From Lytechinus pictus (lineage: Eukaryota), in assembly GCF_037042905.1 (NCBI RefSeq), contig NC_087250.1, positions 23,066,001-23,130,000 on the forward strand: a stretch of 64,000 nt of DNA, written 5' to 3'. A program made the translations under genes and the position numbers. Shown piece after piece: positions 53,595 through 63,963 of this stretch. The notes beneath the pieces were generated by a model. That model was not told the DNA's origin. It made no database searches and saw only the letters and a program-made list of their open reading frames with translations. Position 1 is the first letter of the stretch, and every line of letters begins with the position of its first letter.

Positions 53595-54005
53595 TGAAAG
53601 AAATGGATGAAGAGAACAATGGTAGGCGTAGCTTAAATCAAGGTTCCCCAGAGCTATCTACCCTTTGGAAAAATTGGTGATGCCGAAAAAATGTCTCTGC
53701 CGGGAATCGAACCCGGGCCCCCAGCTTTGAACGCCGGTGCCCTAACCACTAGACCACAGAGACGGGTTAGTGGCTAGGGCGACCCCTATCAGATTGACCG
53801 TCAGATAGACAGATTTTCGACACTATACAAATTATAATTTCCTTTGTCGGGTGAAGGTGGGTTTTGAACAAAGCTGGGGGCCCGGGTTCGATTCCCGGCA
53901 GAGACATTTTTTCGGCTTCACCAATTTTTTCAAAGGGTAGATAGCTCTGGGAAACCTTGATTTAAGCTACGCCTACCATTGTTCTCTTCATCCATTTCTT
54001 TCACA
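53595..54005. mobile_element. tRNA-containing element with ~135-bp inverted duplication, in (TA)n
   Basis: 53595-53729 is the near-exact reverse complement of ~53869-54005; flanked by (TA)n runs. Confidence 0.65.
53692..53763 (-). tRNA. tRNA-like cloverleaf (tRNA-Glu-like body, UCA at anticodon position) inside a repeat element
   Basis: GTCTCTG/CAGAGAC acceptor stem, A box TGGTCTAGTGG, CCGGC/GCTGG anticodon stem with loop GT-TCA-AA, T arm CCGGG TTCGATT CCCGG, then T6. G32 is non-canonical. Confidence 0.5.
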
Positions 54006-54057
54006 AATATTGAAATAAAAGAGTTGCCAAAGCTGTTGTACATGTATAACTTCACAC

Positions 54058-54120
<63 letters not shown>

Positions 54121-54127
<7 letters not shown>

Positions 54128-54312
54128 GAGGCAAAGTGTTTTGTACTTAGTTCCAACAGTTTATTTTGAATTCCAAATTTTCGACGTTAGACATACGTCT
54201 TCTTCAGGGATAAAGCTCCCTGAAGAAGACGTATGTTTAACGTCGAAAATTTGGAATTCAAAATAAACTGTTGGAACTAAGTACAATGCATTACCACTTT
54301 GCCTCATTAATA
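54121..54312. mobile_element. Penelope-like element remnant: inverted duplication with hammerhead-like core
   Basis: ~90-bp arms around a 6-nt spacer; each arm has CTGAAGA-A-GACGT...ACGTC-GAAA; embedded in (TA)n. Confidence 0.6.
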
Positions 54313-55880
54313 TCTTCTATGTCCAACACGCGGAACTCAATATCGTCATATATATATATATATATATATATCCATTCTGGAAGCTTCTAGTATTGTCTTT
54401 AAAAAGAACATTCTGCTTCTTTTTAGAGCAATCCTAATTCTATATAGAAGACTCTTGAATGACCTCAGTGAAATTAACAATGTAAACAACATAGCTAATC
54501 CTATTGTCCTTTTCCCCTGCTAGCAGTCTATTGTCTATTGTCCATTGTACATTTCAAAAATACCATACATTACTCAGCCTCATTTTTACAAAGCTTAATT
54601 GAGGCATTCTGGAATATTCTTATTACGCAATGAACTTCTTAGAGAAAAAAAAAACTACATGGATGAATGTAATTTCTCTTCCAATTCTTCTTATACATAA
54701 CACTACATAACACCAGTTGTTGCTACACGCATTCTTGCTTTAAACAGGGACGTGAGACGCCCCTGCTTTAAATATAAAGGGGGAGTGAACTGTATGTGGT
54801 CTCTCATTGACTATGTGTTATGAATACATAGTCTTAAAATGTACTTTTTCAGATATCTAATAATACTACAGAGAATAAATTGACCTTTACTTGTATTTGT
54901 TTAGAGAAACTAAAATGTTTTGAGAGGAAAAGTAATTGTTTTGCTGACTGGTAACATAATTATTGCGGTATAAATGTACTGAGTAGTTATTATAGCATGT
55001 CATTATTCATGTGGGTCTATATTACTTGACTACACTAGCATTATGGGTCAGGAAATTGGCCAGGTATGAGTAGTTGAGGACTCGAGGTGGCGCTATTGGT
55101 TCGTATCTGCTTTAAATGAAAACATTTTAAAGGAAAATATGAATAATCAAGACATCAGCGTCGGTGCTTATCTCATTGAATATTAAACCACCATGCCACT
55201 AGAGTTCCTGAGCTTCTTCTGATCATGCGCAGAATAGAACTCCTAACTGGCTTGCTGCAGTCTACAGAGTGGATTTGGCGCTTGAAAATCACATATGTAT
55301 TATTAAATCAAGGTTTGACAATACCCTTGTACACTTAAAGGAAACCAGAACCCAAGAGAAGAAGCAATCTTATTGGAAAGAGTAAAATGAGAGGAACAAG
55401 TTAAAAGAGCTTCATCAAAATCGGTTATGAATAATAAGCAAGTTATGGACGTTTAACAAGTCTTGTTGTACTTTCTATGGCGATCCTCAAATTGGCAAAC
55501 GTGCTTCTAAATGGCTGATTTTGCGGACAACTCTCCATTTGTTTTGTACACAAATTTTCAGATTTCCCCCCTTTATTTTACATATTTCACTTTATCTCCT
55601 CCTGACCTTGACATATGTGATGAGAATTATATTTTCCCATGACACATTTTGTGCTCATAATTGCAAGATGCAATTTGAAAGATAATGAGGAAAATCTGAA
55701 AATTTGTGAACAACACAAATGGAGAGTTGTCCACAAAATCAGTCATAGAAAGTACAAGACTTTTTAAACGCCCATAAATTGCTTATTTCATAACTGATTT
55801 TGATAAAATTGTTTTTAATTGTACCTCTCATTTTACTCTTTCCAATTATCTTGCTTCTCTTTTACGGTTTTGGGAACATT

Positions 55881-55997
55881 TCGGAGAGGTGCTGGCGCAC
55901 TTCTCCGATCAAAATTTGCCCGTATCCGACCTGACCTAGTCAAATCGGCATAAGGGAGCTCCGGCGTTTGCTTAGGCTGCTCAGCCTGCCCATAGAT
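55881..55997 (-). ncRNA. Candidate Sm-class snRNA-like gene D
   Basis: CCGAUUUGAC UAG GUCAGGUCGG hairpin, Sm AAUUUUGA (55909-55916), 3' hairpin UCGGAGAAGUGC GCCA GCACCUCUCCGA; CTAACT begins 50 nt upstream of an AUC; AATCGATT at 56215-56222. Confidence 0.75.
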
Positions 55998-56039
55998 TAT
56001 AAAGAGATTTTTATTTATTTAAAATTAAATAATTTTTAA

Positions 56040-56322
56040 AAAGTTAGTCGCTAAAAGGGTTACAATTATATAGATTAAAATTTTCGATAGTAATTCTAGA
56101 ATCAAATTGTTTTTAAATTTTCAATTCTGAGATTTTTCAAATACAATCCAAATAACTACGCATGAATGTAGTTTTTGAAAGGTATTATGGTTGCCCCCCA
56201 AAATATGATTTTATAATCGATTTAGTCCTTTTTTAACCTATCAAACAAAGTCAGATATTAGACAGCATGTACAGACCCTATTGAAGTTTTTATCAACACG
56301 TGGGTCTTCACAAAAGACTAAG
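56040..56322 (-). promoter_or_regulatory. Putative snRNA-type promoter of gene D (PSE-like CTAACT + distal AATCGATT block)
   Basis: Blocks alignable by eye with the regions upstream of E and F (ctatc.aacaa, acagaccc, ttgaa..ttt.tca.cac.tgggtctt, aaagact). Confidence 0.6.
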
Positions 56323-58079
56323 TCATAGTCCATTCCATAATTTTTTTTTGAACAAACAAGTGCACACCGAGTTACCAATAATGCATATAGCATTTCCATT
56401 TATTTGAAAGCAGGATAAAAGAGCATTGTAGATTAAATGCCTTGCTCACGGGCATAGGTGCCGTGGCCGGGGATTGAACCCCGGACTTTCCATGTATAGC
56501 CAGGCGCCTTAGACCACTCGGCCATTCCATAAAATGTTGCTTTGAATCAATACAGAAAAATCAACAAGCATAACGATAAAAAATCATAAAAATCGGACGT
56601 GAAAGTAAGAAATTTCTGATATTTCATAGTTTTGCTTAGTTTTCACAAAACAGTTATTATGCACAACGCACTGACATGCCAATGAGAGGGGGGTCGATGA
56701 TATCCCTCACTCACTTTTTTTTATTGTTTGAATTACAATAATTCAAATATATCAAGTTTTACAGATTTGACAAAAAGGACCTGAACCATAAAGTGTTTAA
56801 AAAATAATAATTCCACATGTTCAGTGAGGGATTAAACTTTGTTTCAAAGGACAATGAGGAGAAAATTATTCATTTTCCATGTAATAAGATACAAAAAGTG
56901 AGTTGGTGACGTCATCAGTTACCTCATTTGCATACCGACATATTTTGTGAAATTAAGAGAAACTTAAAAATGTCATAACCTTCTTACTTTATAACAGATT
57001 TTATTGAAAATGTCAGTGTTATTGTGGTTGGATTTTTCACTTTACTCAAATCGACTTTTTTGTTTGGGTGGACATGTACTTTAAATTAAAAGAAAGAAAA
57101 TGGCGCACTTAGCTCCTTTGATCGCTTTCAACTGAATTATTGATACTTAAAATACATCTACAATCATACAAAAAGTCAAGTCCACCCCAGAAAAACGTTG
57201 ATTTGAATCAGTAGAGAAACATCCAACAAGCGTAATGTTGAAAATTTCATCAAAATCGGATATAAAATAAGAAAATTATGACAGTTCAAAGTTTTGCTTA
57301 TTTTTCACCAAACAGTTATACGCACAACTCAGTGACAGGCAAATCAGAGAGTGATGTCCGTCAATCACTATTTCTTTTGTTTTTATGGTTTGAATTATAC
57401 AACATTTCATTTTTTACAAATATGACAAAATTGATAAGGACCAACTTGATTGAACCATGCTAATTGCACATATTCATGGTAAAATAAAATTTCTTCCACA
57501 CGAGGAGAAAAATAAAATATTTCCAATTTTATATAATAAAATAGAAAAGAAATAGTGAATGGGTGACGTCATCAGTCTTCTCATTTGCATACAGACCAAG
57601 ATGTGCATAACTGTTTTTTTTTCTTTTATTAAGTGAAACTTTAAAATGCTATAACTTTCTTATTTTAATTCCGATTTTTATGAAATTTTCAGTGTTATGC
57701 TTGTTGGATTTTTCGCTTTCTATTCAAATGAACTTTTTGTTGGGGTGGACTTGTCCTGTAAGGGAATGATCGACTTCAACCTTGGGTTTATCACTATACC
57801 TGTATACCTTACCCTAACCATGAAACCCTATTGCAACCTTATTAACCCTAATACCTTTGTCACATTTCTTCTGAGGCGGCTTCAAACCACCTATAATGTG
57901 GCAGGTACAAAACAAAAAAACATGTTAATACGACTGTCTTCGAGCAAATGTGACTGAGGAATTATCTTATATCCTAGAGGAAAAAAAGCATAGAGCGATC
58001 AATAATTGTCGCCGGAACAAATGTCGTCGGAATAAATGTCGTGACACTTGATGGCTGATAAGGAAATTTTCACTATACA

Positions 58080-58197
58080 GGAGAATGCTATCGTAGCATT
58101 CACCCGACCAAAATTTCAGTAGTGTGGCTCCGTATCCGAACGACCTAGTCGGACGGACCGGAGCCAGGCTCCACTACACTTCACAAGTATCAATGAT
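58080..58197 (-). ncRNA. Candidate Sm-class snRNA-like gene E
   Basis: GUAGUG..UGGCUCCG-G-UCCG-UC-CGAC UAG GUCG-UU-CGGA-UA-CGGAGCCA-CACUAC long stem, Sm AAUUUUGG (58108-58115), 3' hairpin GAAUGCUA CGA UAGCAUUC; CTAACT at 58238-58243, AATCGATT at 58445-58452. Confidence 0.75.
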
Positions 58198-58235
58198 GGC
58201 GAGAAGAATTTATACAAATATATTATTTTTTTTTT

Positions 58236-58556
58236 CTAGTTAGCGTGCTTTAGAAATTGTTTGTTAATATATAGGTTAAAAGTTTAGATTTTTTTGAATT
58301 ATTACTGTTTTAATTTCTAAACAAAAAAATTTCGTGAAAAAATTTGCAAAAAAGATTAAAATAGCTATGATTGAATGAGACATTTTAAAGGTATCGTGGT
58401 TGACATTTCATAAAATAATATCGATAATAAAGATAAAATAATGGAATCGATTCTTTTTTTTCTATTTAGCTATCGAACAAAGTGAAGAGCCTAGTCTGCA
58501 TGCACAGACCCAATTGAATTTTTATCAACACAGGTGTCTTAAAAAAAAGACTAGAA
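58236..58556 (-). promoter_or_regulatory. Putative snRNA-type promoter of gene E
   Basis: Same ordered conserved blocks as D and F. Confidence 0.6.
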
Positions 58557-58937
58557 CATATATTAAAGGTCGAAATCACTCAAGAAAAAAAAGTGGATTT
58601 GAATCAATAGAGTACTACGATATTAAATATCAAACAAATAACCAAAAAATTAGATTATTTGGCTATTTTTTATTTACAGGAAATAGAGCACAAAGTAAAC
58701 AAAATAATTATTATATTAATAAAAAAATATGATAATCCAAATAATCCGTATTGGCTGGCAAGAAGTTCTTTATCAAAAGTCCACAATGCTGGCGATGATG
58801 AATTTTTTTAACAAGTGTACACCTCGTTATCAATAATGCGTGAAGTATTTCAATTTATTTGAATGCAGGATAAAAGAGCACATGTGCTGTGGCCGGGGAT
58901 CGAACCCCGGACTTTCCATGTATAGCCAGGCACCTTA

Positions 58938-59416
58938 CCGCCCTTTCACAGGGTACCAAACTCGTAATTTGAATGATGATTCCAGTGAAAAATAATTCTA
59001 ATTACGAACTTTTAGCACGTGTGAAACCAAACTAGAATCCCGAACGTTAAGCACAATCACGAATTCAAATTCTACTCCGGAGGTGAATTCCAGTTAAGTT
59101 TCACTCAAATTACGGTACGAAGTTTACGTCTGAAAGGGTTGACCTCCAAACAATCTTTTGAGGGGCGGAGCTTACGTGACCTTTCGAGCACTTCCGTAGA
59201 TAATACAATTTCATGCGCTCATCGTAGTTTCTTTTTTTGCGATGCAGTGCTTTGATTGGGTTTGATTGACAAGTCACCAAGGACACAATACCGCCTTCGC
59301 TCAGGAATTCGAATTCAAATCACAGTTTTCGAGTGAACTTGTGAGCGGGACAATGATTCTAAAGACGAAATGCAATCATCACAATGATGATTCACGATTC
59401 TCGTGTGAAAAGGCCC
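58938..59416. mobile_element. PIF/Harbinger-like MITE splitting a SINE
   Basis: TTA TSD, imperfect TIR ccctttcaca...tgtgaaaagg; SINE halves rejoin across it. Confidence 0.65.
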
Positions 59417-59639
59417 TTAGACCACTCGGCCACGGCACTTCCATTGATGTTGGCATACGATTTCAACACACCTTCCGATCTTATTGTTACTGTGTGTAAT
59501 TAAAGAGAGCAGGAGACAGATAGATATGAGATTATACAGTGAAAAGAAAAGTAGAAAGAGGGAAGGAGGGAAAGATAAATGTCCCCAAAATGCTTCTAGG
59601 ATAAAGGGCTGGGTCATACTCTCGGCTCAGCCAAAATGT

Positions 59640-59879
59640 ACACAGCAAAAACTCCGGTGTTAACCGGTGTACATAGTGGACCACACCAGTTATTTTACAC
59701 CGGTGTTAAATTGACAGTGTTAGTTTAACACCTATAGGTGTTATTATAACACCTTCGGTTATTACATTTACACTCTTTGGTGTTATGTTCAGTCTCTAGG
59801 GTGTAATTTTAACACCTCAGGGTGTGGTCCTCTATTAACACCAACTGGTGTCAGTTTTAACACCACAATTTTTACAGTG
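59640..59879. mobile_element. Short CAC...GTG (EnSpm-like) MITE
   Basis: tacacagcaaaaa...tttttacagtgta with internal ggtgtt/aacacc subrepeats; related copy at ~47505-47752. Confidence 0.5.
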
Positions 59880-60218
59880 TAGAACACTTGTACCAATCTA
59901 TTGCCAGAAAGTATTATGTAATACTTGTATTCATATATTGCGACGATTTCCAACTAAAGGTAAGTGATTAACATCTAAAGAGATCGAAAGGGATAGTTAT
60001 ACAATATTGATGAAACCACAGTTGCATAAATTATTGTTGCATATATTGCCAACAGTTCCGCGTTGACTGTGGGAACAAGCCATTTCAAAATCAATGAGTA
60101 TATCTTCTCTTTTTTCAATTTATCAAAAGCCATCAGGGTCACGTGTTACAGTAACGCACTTCCAAATGTTCGGCTCATGATCAGCCTGGATTGTTTGGGA
60201 AGGTAATGAAGAAATTCG

Positions 60219-60341
60219 GGAGAAACGCTAAGGCACTTCTCCGTTCAAAACTTGAGTATATAAGGCTACGCAACCGATCCGACCTAGTCAGATCGGCTTA
60301 TGGTGCCCCATGTCTGCGTTTGCACCTAATATATCTTGTAT
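60219..60341 (-). ncRNA. Candidate Sm-class snRNA-like gene F
   Basis: AGCCGAUCUGAC UAG GUCGGAUCGGUU hairpin, Sm-like AGUUUUGA (60245-60252), 3' hairpin GGAGAAGUGC CUUA GCGUUUCUCC; CTAACT at 60384-60389, AATCGATT at 60565-60572. Confidence 0.72.
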
Positions 60342-60381
60342 AAAATTCAAATTTCATATAATTAAACTATATTCTTAAAAA

Positions 60382-60670
60382 ACAGTTAGCGTAGCGTGCT
60401 ACGAAACATTCATTATCATTAAAATGGAAATATTTGATTATAATGCTAGATCAAAGTGTAATTTTTATTTTTGATTAAATGTTTTTCTCCAAAAGCATTT
60501 AAAAACACGCATAAACTATAGCATTATGATGTTAAGGTTGGCACTTGTACAAGTACCATATTATAATCGATTCATAATTCAAGCTATCGAACAAGGGCAG
60601 AGCGTAGTCTGGAGTTACAGACCCTAATTGAAATTGTTCTCACCACGTGGGTCTTGAAAAAAGACTAGAA
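60382..60670 (-). promoter_or_regulatory. Putative snRNA-type promoter of gene F
   Basis: Same ordered conserved blocks as D and E. Confidence 0.6.
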
Positions 60671-62827
60671 AATAAGTTATGTTTTGGTTTCAATTAGGAC
60701 GTTAAAGAATGGAATAGATACCCCAAAGCTTAAGTCCAACACGAAAATTCTTATTTGAGAGCTTGCAAAATGTCTTAAATTAATTGTTTGCTTACTTTCT
60801 AGTTTATCATTGTAAATGTATTTGTATTATTCCTGTTTTATTTGTATGTTAGTTTTTTTTCATCATTAATATATGAAGAGCCCACTTGCAAAAGGGGTTA
60901 GGTCCATTTTACAATGTATAGATTTTTAGTGGCTCTATAAGATGATACCAAAGAAAAGTTGAAATTCCCATTAAAAACTTATCTAAATTGGCAAAGAAAA
61001 TCACTTTGTTTTCAAAAGGGGTTAGGTCTATTTCAGTTTGGTTGCAAAAGGGGTTGAAGACAAGTAGATTTCTTTTATACCCAATTTTATGTTCACATGA
61101 TAGGGTAGTACATCATGACATTTTAGTTTCTCATAAGAGTATTGCAATAAGTGAGAATCAAAATGGTTTTTCTCGGAATGGTCCAAAGTGAACCTAACCC
61201 CTTTTGCAACAAAACTCTTCATATGTATATATGTTTGTTTATGCCATAATGTTTTATACATCTTCCTTTGCTTTGTTAATATGTTGTTATATCAATTTCA
61301 TTAAGGGGCCTCTTTCACAAGCTGTGCTTCTACGGGGTCCTAAACATTTTTTTGTTATATTATTTTTGCCAACCTTTGTACTTAACATTTGTAACATTTC
61401 CCCTCATTGGTTTGAATTAACTCATATCACTTATCACTTAATAGTATACTAAATAAATATGTGATCGATATAGACTTTAGCTCGTGCACATAATGTATTA
61501 AAATGTCACATCCTCTAAACGATGAAAGATCCATACTGATTTAAAGGATCAAGGATCGAGCCCCTACTATTTATTTCCTCTTGATCAATTAAAAATTTAG
61601 ATAAAGTCTAAACACTTACATTTTAACCACAGATACTGTGTAATAATAATCTTTAACTCAGATTTGTTGATTAGTTTATAACTAACCATCCAAGTTAATT
61701 ATTTATATACGAACTAATGGAAATATTTCCCTTGTTTTGTATCTTTGAAATAAAAATAATAAATTCCTTGAATTCTAAACAGATTTCGACAGGAGACAGT
61801 ACATTTATCTCTGACTCCTACTTACAAGAAACAAAATTTATCATGAAAGGGACAACTCCACCCCAACTAAAAGCTTATTTGAATGAAAAGAGAAAAACCC
61901 AACGAGAAATAATACTGACAAATTATTCAAAATCGGATGTAAAATAAGACAATTGTGATATTTTACAGTTTTTCTTCATTTCACAAAACAGTAATATGCA
62001 CATCCTGGTTGGTATGCAAATGAGGAGACTGACGACATTATCTACTCACCATTTCTTTGTACTTTCTTAAATGAAATATTCAAATTTTCTCCTCATTGTC
62101 AAGTGAAACAACGATTAATTCCTCCCTGAACATGTGGAATTAGCACTGTTTAATACTATATGGTTCAGTCAACTTGGCCCTTATTGTCAAATCTGTAAAA
62201 AATGAAATATTGTATAATTCAAACTCATTTGCATGACACTGAATTGTGCATATCACTGCTTTGTGAAAAATAAGCAAAACTTTGAATTGTCATAACTTTC
62301 TTATTTTACATTCAATTTTTATGAAATTTTCAGCGTTATGCTAGTTTGATTTTCCTCTATTTATTCAAATCATTATTTTTCTGGGGTGGACTTGACCTTT
62401 AATAATAATTGTTGTTTGTCCTCATATCACTCTGGACCTGGTTCCTTTACATAAACTGAACTTTCTTGAAATCATTTCAAATTCAATGACGTTACATTGT
62501 CCATAGTGTCGAAATTCTTAAAAATTAGGTTTATTGTCACCGTCCTAAGGTTCTATGACATTTGCTCTGGCGACAAAATCTCAGAAGGAAAAAAAGAGTT
62601 TAAGAACCCAGACTTCAATAACCACCTTCAAGGGCAACCTGAAAAACACATACCTGTTTAAGAGTGATTTTTGATAGACATTGACTTATTGTTCAGACAT
62701 GTATTATATGTAAATAATTTTTGTTGTTCTGCTCTGAAGCGCCTTGAGCATCTAATCAAGATGGAAAGTGCGCTATACAAATCTCATTTTTTATTATTAT
62801 TTTTTTATCATTATCATTATTATTATT

Positions 62828-63925
62828 CCTCTAAACAGGATCAAGTCCGTATTTTTTTCTTGAATAACTTTGCTCTAACAAAAAGCACCAAGTAATTTCA
62901 AGTGCAACTAGGAACTTTACACTACTAATGTCCGAGAGTCTTTCTTATCAATCTGGTTGTACCCAAGATAGCTGCCTTCTGAATGTCGTACATCCGAAGG
63001 TGAGGAGAGATCTTGGTTATGCAGGCTTCCATTCCCTTCTTCACCATTCCTGAGTGACCAATGATGACTGGTGTGACCTCTGCTTTCACGTTCCACATCC
63101 TCTCGATCTCAATCCTTAGGTCTTGATACTTGAGCCGTTTGTCTCTTTCCTTTACAGCAATGTTGATATCGTGGGGAACAGAGACCTCAATGATATTTAC
63201 TACGTTGTTGTCTCTGACGATGATGTCCGGCTTGTTGCAGTTGATGGTTCTATCCGTTAGTATGCCACAGTTCCAATATATGGTGCTGTTATTGATCGTG
63301 GTGATCGTTTGTGGCTGATGTTCCCAAGCGTGATCACAAGTCATTTTACCGCGATCCTTCAGTAGTTGCCAATGGATAAGTTTGGCAATATTGTCATGTC
63401 TTGTGATGTACTCAGTTCCAGCAAGAGTCGAACATGCTGATACCAAATGCATGATTGTTTCGGTCTCTTTTCCACACATCCTGCAAGTGTCGTCTGTGTC
63501 TCTTCTGAGGATAGATTTTTCGTAGGCACGGGTCCTCACCACCTGGTCCTGAATAGCATAGACGAACCCTTCAGTTTTACCTCTTAGTCCCGCCGACTTA
63601 AGCCATTGATGGGTGTCTTTCTGGTCTACGAACTCCCGATGCGTCTGTTTTTCATGGTGGCCATGAAGTCGCTTGGATTTAAGTTGCTCTTGAAGTTTCT
63701 TGTGAAAGGAGCATTTAAGTCTTGCCTTCTCTTTTTCACCGTAGGGTAGTGTCAGTCGACGTTGTGCCAATAAGATAGATGCTTGCTTGTTAATGGAGTA
63801 TATTGCTTGACAATTATCATAATCGAGGGATATACTCGTCAGTATATCAGGTGGATTGGATAGGTAGTTGGCGAGGTTCGTTGCTTCCATATTCCAGACC
63901 ATCTCAATTTGTTGTAGACCTCTTT
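62828..63925 (-). mobile_element. 5'-truncated non-LTR retrotransposon of RLE type (R4/Dong clade) inserted in (TAA)n
   Basis: ORF 62925-63902 has CRMC...H...C zinc knuckle, RHD, KPDI...IIEV...K..KY restriction-like endonuclease; RGL thumb motif at the truncation point; (TAA)n on both sides. Confidence 0.9.
62925..63902 (-). pseudogene. C-terminal part of R4/Dong-type ORF (post-RT region, CCHC, RLE)
   Basis: 325 uninterrupted codons; RT core absent because of 5' truncation. Confidence 0.85.
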
Positions 63926-63932
63926 ATTATTA

Positions 63933-63963
<31 letters not shown>

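Noticed and set aside
53692..53763. Selenocysteine tRNA
   Set aside because: 72 nt with a short variable loop and 7/5 stems; tRNA-Sec needs a long variable arm and an extended acceptor-T stem.
55200..55250. Hairpin gagttc...gaactc as a tenth small-RNA gene
   Set aside because: No Sm-like site, no GACUAGGUC tip, no AATCGATT at family spacing.
1188..59441. tRNA-like heads (1188, 18776, 37373, 42226, 44852, 46427, 49064, 56341 and others) as tRNA genes
   Set aside because: Each continues into a shared SINE body and tail, and the cloverleaves are imperfect.
39064..60341. Small-RNA loci as canonical U2, U5 or U7 genes
   Set aside because: No U5 loop GCCUUUUAC, no complete U2 (branch-point region and 3' stems missing), no U7-type Sm site; only short partial resemblances.
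39064..60341. Small-RNA loci as pre-miRNAs, SINEs or MITEs
   Set aside because: The loop is conserved and the arms vary (opposite of miRNA families); no A/B boxes, tails, TIRs or TSDs.
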